DNA of 64,000 nt from Trueperaceae bacterium. GTDB lineage: Bacteria > Deinococcota > Deinococci > Deinococcales > Trueperaceae. A model generated the notes under the pieces. It saw only the letters and a list, made by a program, of their open reading frames with translations, had not been told where the DNA came from and did no database searches. The stretch spans positions 32,001 through 96,000 of the forward strand of contig JBBDRK010000049.1 in the NCBI GenBank assembly GCA_040905465.1, written 5' to 3'. Position numbers and translations under genes: made by a program. Shown piece after piece: positions 59,239-64,000 of this stretch; within the stretch, counting starts at the first letter, position 1, and each line of letters starts with the position of its first letter.

Positions 59239-60000
59239 TCAGAAGGTGGCCTTGGTACAGCCGCCGTCCACTATGACAGTTTGGCCCGTAACGTAAGCAG
59301 CTTGTTCCGACGCCAGGAATGTCACTGCAGCGGCAACCTCCTGCGGTTTACCCAGTCGGCCGGCAGGGATCGTTTCGAGAAGGCCGGCCATGGCATCGTC
59401 ACTCAGCCGATTCTTGAGTTGCTCGGTCGCTGTGTAACCCGGGCCCACATTATTTACCGTTACACCATCCGCCGCAACCTCATTGGAGAGTGTCTTGGCG
59501 AACGCAGTGACTCCCGCGCGATAGGCATTGGACAGGGTGAGATTCAGGATCGGCTCACGAACAGCGAGGCTGGTGACGTTGATGATACGTCCCCAGCGAT
59601 TCTCCCGCATATCCGGAAGAAAGGCACGGGTAATGCGTACGGGTGCCATCAGGGTCAGTTCCACACCCGTCGCCCAGTCCTCGTCCTCGAGCTTGCTTGG
59701 CACTCCCTTGGGGGGGCCGCCGGCGTTAAGCACCAAGATCTCCGGCCTGCCGTAACCTTGTCTCAAGGTCGTCACCAGCTCTCCCACACCCCCTGCGCTT
59801 CCTAAGTCGCCGGTGACAGCGTTTACCTCTGCTCCCGTGTCGTGTGCGATTAGCTTGGCCGCATTCTCGACGGTGTCCTGTGACCGAGCGACGATTACCA
59901 CCCGTGCCCCCTCAGCAGCCAAAGAGTGCGCGGCCGCATAGCCGATTCCGGTTGACCCACCAGTTACGAGGGCCAACTTCCCAGCGATTCCCAGATCCAT
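59239..60000 (-). CDS. SDR family oxidoreductase
   Basis: TGGSTGIG, LNAGGPP, SNAYR (atypical catalytic motif), NNVGPG. Confidence 0.92.
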   Translation of the reverse strand: MDLGIAGKLALVTGGSTGIGYAAAHSLAAEGARVVIVARSQDTVENAAKLIAHDTGAEVNAVTGDLGSAGGVGELVTTLRQGYGRPEILVLNAGGPPKGVPSKLEDEDWATGVELTLMAPVRITRAFLPDMRENRWGRIINVTSLAVREPILNLTLSNAYRAGVTAFAKTLSNEVAADGVTVNNVGPGYTATEQLKNRLSDDAMAGLLETIPAGRLGKPQEVAAAVTFLASEQAAYVTGQTVIVDGGCTKATF

Positions 60001-60003
60001 GGG

Positions 60004-60474
60004 CTACTTCTCCCCGAGCCACGGCTGGAAGGTAACGGGCCCTCCAATGTGCAGACCCAGGTCCTCGCCGGTCTGCAGCTCATCCACCCCGATCACTATG
60101 TTGAGATGGTTCGGCATGTGGTTGCTGTCGAAGCCGACTACTCGTCCGATCTCTCCGACCGCGGTAATCAACCGGTCACCCGTTACCAGCAGTCCCGGCA
60201 CCGCTATCTCGAAAAAGCCCAGGAAAGCTGTCCTGTTGACGGTGCCGCCGGGAGCTGCCTCATCCGTAGTGACCAGCAATTCGTGGACTTCGTACCTTCT
60301 CAGTGCCCGGGAACGCTCCTGCATCAACGCCTTGTTGGAATCGTCTGCTCGGTAAGTCATCACCGCCACCATCTGGCCGTGTAGCGGTTGCCGCTCCGAC
60401 GCCGGGTAGGGCTTGGAATATGCTTCAGTCACGGTTCCGTCCACTCCTTTCACTGGTACTGTCGTTGTCGCCAT
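60004..60474 (-). CDS. Conserved small hypothetical protein (DUF6917-like)
   Basis: SRAL..YEVHEL, AFLGFFE, GFDSNHMPNHLNIV; family recalled from memory. Confidence 0.6.
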   Translation of the reverse strand: MATTTVPVKGVDGTVTEAYSKPYPASERQPLHGQMVAVMTYRADDSNKALMQERSRALRRYEVHELLVTTDEAAPGGTVNRTAFLGFFEIAVPGLLVTGDRLITAVGEIGRVVGFDSNHMPNHLNIVIGVDELQTGEDLGLHIGGPVTFQPWLGEK

Positions 60475-61477
60475 CGATCTGGACCAAATCCGCGATCGTC
60501 GCAACCCTGTCGCCACCACTCACCGCCGGCGAGGTCTTGATGAGTGAGATCACACCGTCATGCGGGGCTCGGAGCGTTTCCACCAAGCTTCCAGAGAGGT
60601 TGAAGATCTCACCTATTACATCCCCCATCGTGACCACGTCCTTTGGCCGAACGGAATAGCGGATCAAGCCACCGCGGTCGATGAAGAGGTTCTGGCCGTT
60701 GATTGCCCGAATCAGCCGTTTGGGTGGTGCTGGCGAACCGGGTATCATTTGCAGGTGTCGCAGCACGTTGGTAAGTGCCGCATAGTGCACATCGACGTAC
60801 TCGTCCCTAAGGCGGCCCTCAGCTCCCGACTCGAGCGTAATCGCTGGGACGCCTTGTTTTACCAACGCGCCGGCCAAGGTACCCCCCGCGATCACGTCCC
60901 CCGGGGTGCCCAACAGCATGTCGACACCCGTTGCTTCCGCCAGTTCCTTCGCGACCCTCCCGGCCTCCGCCAGCTCATAGTAAGAAGCATAGGGAAGAAT
61001 CAGCTTGTCCAAGCCGCCTCCATGGAGATCCACAACATAGTCCGCGTGCTCCACCATGGTCGAGAGGATCAGATGGGCAATCCGCTGCGACGGCAAGCCG
61101 TTCGGGTTCCCGGGGAAGCTTCGGTTCAGGTCTTGTAGGTCAAGGGGGCTGGTTCGTGTCTTGGCTTCGAAGGCGGGCAGGTTTATGACCGGAGTTACTA
61201 CAATCGACCCCGAAAGCTCAGCTGGCGGCAGTTCGGCAAACAGTTGAGCTGCGGCAACCGGTCCCTCGTATTCGTCGCCATGTATGCCGGCATTGACCCA
61301 CAAGACGGGGCCAGGCGAGTTACCACGGACGATGAGGACCGGTACCTCGTACGCTCCCCCAGCTACACGATCAAGGATCGCCCAGCTCCCCTGCGACTTT
61401 CCCGCCTCCTGTGAGCTCGCCGTTCCGACCTCAATTCGCTTTTCAACAATCGCCACTAAACTCACCCTTTCTTTCAA
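60425..61477 (-). CDS. Succinylglutamate desuccinylase/aspartoacylase (M14-like) protein
   Basis: AGIHGDEYEG, DLNRSFPG, VVDLHGG, ITLESG, C-terminal biotinyl-like hairpin. Confidence 0.9.
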   Translation of the reverse strand: MKERVSLVAIVEKRIEVGTASSQEAGKSQGSWAILDRVAGGAYEVPVLIVRGNSPGPVLWVNAGIHGDEYEGPVAAAQLFAELPPAELSGSIVVTPVINLPAFEAKTRTSPLDLQDLNRSFPGNPNGLPSQRIAHLILSTMVEHADYVVDLHGGGLDKLILPYASYYELAEAGRVAKELAEATGVDMLLGTPGDVIAGGTLAGALVKQGVPAITLESGAEGRLRDEYVDVHYAALTNVLRHLQMIPGSPAPPKRLIRAINGQNLFIDRGGLIRYSVRPKDVVTMGDVIGEIFNLSGSLVETLRAPHDGVISLIKTSPAVSGGDRVATIADLVQIDGDNDSTSERSGRNRD

Positions 61478-61487
61478 ACCGCGCTGC

Positions 61488-62333
61488 CTAGGAGTGCACC
61501 AACCTAGGATCCAAATAGTCGCGAAGTGCGTCGCCCAGGAAGTTGAAGGTGAGGACGGTCAGCATGATTGCCAGACCAGGTGCAATCACGAGCCACGCCG
61601 ATAGCTCCATATAGGTCCTTCCCTCATTCAGCATCGACCCCCAGGACGGCATAGGCGGCTGAATGCCTAGTCCAAGGAAACTGAGTGCGGCTTCCGCGAG
61701 AATCGCAAAGGCGATGCTGATCGTCGCTTGCACCAACAGGGGGGACAGAATGTTTGGGAGTATGTGCAAGCGGTTGATGCGTGCACTTCCTGCACCAACC
61801 GCTCTCGCTGACTCGATGAACTCGCTGCTCTTCACCGATAGCGCTGAGCCCCTTGCGATCCTCGCGAACTGCGGAGTGTAGACGATTCCCATTGCGATCA
61901 TTAGGTTCGTCAACGACGGACCGAGCGCAGTGATCACAACGAGCGCCAACAGGATCGTGGGGAACGCTAAGATCATGTCGATGAGCCGCATGATCAAGTT
62001 GTCGATAACGCCGCCGTAGTAGGCGGCGGTGACGCCGAGGATAGTGCCCAGGACACCGGCGATTACCACCGTGATCACCCCGACCTGCAGGGAAGCCCGA
62101 GCCCCGTAGATGATCCGGCTCAGAATGTCGCGGCCGAACTCGTCAGTGCCCAACAGGTGATGTCCCGTGGGAGGGGAGAGCCGGTTAGAGAGATTCAGTT
62201 CGTTGGGCTGATAGGGGGAGATGACCGGGGCGAGCGTCGCTACCAGTATCAGGACGAGCGTCAGAACCAAGCCGAGTACGATGGCAGGATGTCTTCGACT
62301 AAAGCGAGTAAACATGCGGGCTCGGCTAGTCAT
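61488..62333 (-). CDS. Peptide ABC transporter permease (DppC-like)
   Basis: LGTDEFGRDILSRIIYGAR, EAALSFLGLG, PSWG. Confidence 0.93.
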   Translation of the reverse strand: MTSRARMFTRFSRRHPAIVLGLVLTLVLILVATLAPVISPYQPNELNLSNRLSPPTGHHLLGTDEFGRDILSRIIYGARASLQVGVITVVIAGVLGTILGVTAAYYGGVIDNLIMRLIDMILAFPTILLALVVITALGPSLTNLMIAMGIVYTPQFARIARGSALSVKSSEFIESARAVGAGSARINRLHILPNILSPLLVQATISIAFAILAEAALSFLGLGIQPPMPSWGSMLNEGRTYMELSAWLVIAPGLAIMLTVLTFNFLGDALRDYLDPRLVHS

Positions 62334-63270
62334 ACTTGATCCTTGGATCGATGACGCTGTAGAGCAGGTCTACCAACAGATTGATGAGGACGTAGGACGC
62401 GGCCAGCACCAGAACCCCGCCCTGCACCACGGGATAGTCGCGCTGGTAGATCGCCCTCACGACCAACCGACCGACTCCGGGCAACGAGAACACCTCTTCG
62501 ACGACGACCGTCCCTCCGAGTATGTGTCCCAGCTGGAGACCAACGATAGTGATAACGGGAATCAGCGCGTTGCGAAGGGCGTGCACGCCGATGACGTAGC
62601 GCTCGGCCAATCCCTTCGCCCTTGCGGTTCTGGTGTAGTCCTGCGCTAGCGTTTCGAGAAGCGCCGAGCGAGTCATTCTCATTACTACCGCAGCCATTGC
62701 TGCGCCTAGCGTCAGTGAGGGCATCAGCATGCGCTGCATGTTGAGCATCAAGCTTTCGCCCGGGGGAACGTAACCACCGGTCGGCAGGAGCCGCAGCTGC
62801 AGCGAGAAGAGCAGGATCAGCAGGATCCCCAGCCAAAAGTTGGGAATGGAGATACCCAGTAGCGCGACGGTCCTGCTGGCGTAGTCGAAGGTGCTGCCCC
62901 GCTTTATTGCCGAGATGATTCCGGTTGGGACACCGATTACAACCGACAGCACGGAGGCCATTGCCGCTAGCTGAATGGTGATTCCATAACGACGAACGAG
63001 TTGGGCCGTTACGTCGGAACCGGTCCTGAACGACTCTCCGAGATCTCCACGCAATGCTGCTGCCGCCCAGGAGATGAACTGGACGTGCAGCGGCCGATCG
63101 AGCCCCAGGTCGTTGCGTAACTGAGCCAGCAACTCGGGTGTCACTTCCTGGTCCAGGAGGATCAGCGCCACGTCGCCGGGTATGGCATGAAGCGCCAGAA
63201 AGACGATAACCATGATGCCCACGATTGACAGTGCAGCCAACCCAAGGCGGCGCAGTATGAATGTCAGCAT
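62326..63270 (-). CDS. Peptide ABC transporter permease (DppB-like)
   Basis: GDLGES, TARAKGL, HALRNA, RDYPVVQG, DPRI. Confidence 0.93.
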   Translation of the reverse strand: MLTFILRRLGLAALSIVGIMVIVFLALHAIPGDVALILLDQEVTPELLAQLRNDLGLDRPLHVQFISWAAAALRGDLGESFRTGSDVTAQLVRRYGITIQLAAMASVLSVVIGVPTGIISAIKRGSTFDYASRTVALLGISIPNFWLGILLILLFSLQLRLLPTGGYVPPGESLMLNMQRMLMPSLTLGAAMAAVVMRMTRSALLETLAQDYTRTARAKGLAERYVIGVHALRNALIPVITIVGLQLGHILGGTVVVEEVFSLPGVGRLVVRAIYQRDYPVVQGGVLVLAASYVLINLLVDLLYSVIDPRIKYD

Positions 63271-63472
63271 CCGATTACCCAGCGACTCCTGTTCATGTGA
63301 TGCTTACCCGAAATCCTCGAGTTCCGACTTCTTGTCCGGACTCATTGTCTGGACAACGACTAGCCGCGCTCTGCGTGGATGTCTGGCACTTCGTGGGCGG
63401 CGCAACCGCCGAACGCCCATTAAAGGCATTAGCGGCGCGCCTCACGAAGTAGCCTCAATAGCCTCCTCTCTC

Positions 63473-64000
63473 CTACTTATCGAGCCAGGCGTCCACGAAG
63501 ACGTGTTCCCCATCCGCCAGGAAGGAGTAGCCGTTGACATGGTTCCACATGAGTTGAAATTCGCCACCGCTGTATAGCGGAAGGGTCGCCGATACGTCAC
63601 AGAGGTGTCGTTGAAGATCCCAGTAGATCTGTGCCCTCTCCTCCTGGTTCAATTCTCGAGCACCTTGATCGATGAGCTCATCGACTTGCTGATCGTCGAG
63701 CCTGTTGTAGTTCGCCCCGGCTCCAGCCTGGTACGAGCGGGCGAAGTAGTCGTGTGGATCGACATTGGCAGAGAAGCCGGACATCACCATCTCGAAGTCG
63801 CCCTGCTCCATCCTCTCGACCATTACTCCCCACTCGATTGTCTCGAGTCGAGCGTCAATGCCGATTGCCTGCAGCTGACTCTGGATTGCAAGGCTTGAGG
63901 AAACCATCCAGGGGAACGTAGACGACGTCGTAAGGGTGACCCGGAAACCATCCGGGTAACCCGCCTCTTCCAGCAATCGGCGAGCGCGATCGGGGTCCGG
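63473..64000 (-). CDS. Peptide ABC substrate-binding protein (5' part outside the window)
   Basis: PDPDRARRLLEEAGYPDGF, IQSQLQAIGI, ERAQIY. Confidence 0.88.
   Translation of the reverse strand, partial: PDPDRARRLLEEAGYPDGFRVTLTTSSTFPWMVSSSLAIQSQLQAIGIDARLETIEWGVMVERMEQGDFEMVMSGFSANVDPHDYFARSYQAGAGANYNRLDDQQVDELIDQGARELNQEERAQIYWDLQRHLCDVSATLPLYSGGEFQLMWNHVNGYSFLADGEHVFVDAWLDK

Overview
High-GC bacterial DNA. The gene style suggests Deinococcota (Truepera-like); this is an inference, not a search result. Most of the window is transport and catabolic operons: (1) a Lrp-associated polyamine-type ABC/M28 peptidase/SDR operon (1-6939); (2) a ROK-associated amino-sugar locus with nanE, a sugar kinase, a DegT aminotransferase, two ceramidase-like hydrolases and a hydrolase-SIS fusion (7137-18802); (3) an amide/amine degradation region with DmpA, amidase, CapA-like, two amidohydrolases, GntR, ALDH, a LysA-like decarboxylase, class III aminotransferase, flavin oxidoreductase, TRAP transporter and PTE-like lactonase (38349-57044); (4) a peptide ABC/M14/SDR/MFS block (57975-64000). 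The middle (about 18.9-38.3 kb) is accessory DNA. It holds a secreted repeat/beta-propeller/VWA protein, many gene remnants and ATPase-nuclease genes. The best candidate for a new system is there too: a lower-GC four-gene operon (26055-30589) resembling a non-canonical chaperone-usher pilus. It is preceded by a sigma70-like promoter and a c-di-GMP-II-like riboswitch, and has a perfect 18-bp inverted repeat after the first subunit gene. No rRNA, tRNA, CRISPR array or transposase was seen. All family assignments come from motif recognition by eye, with no database search.
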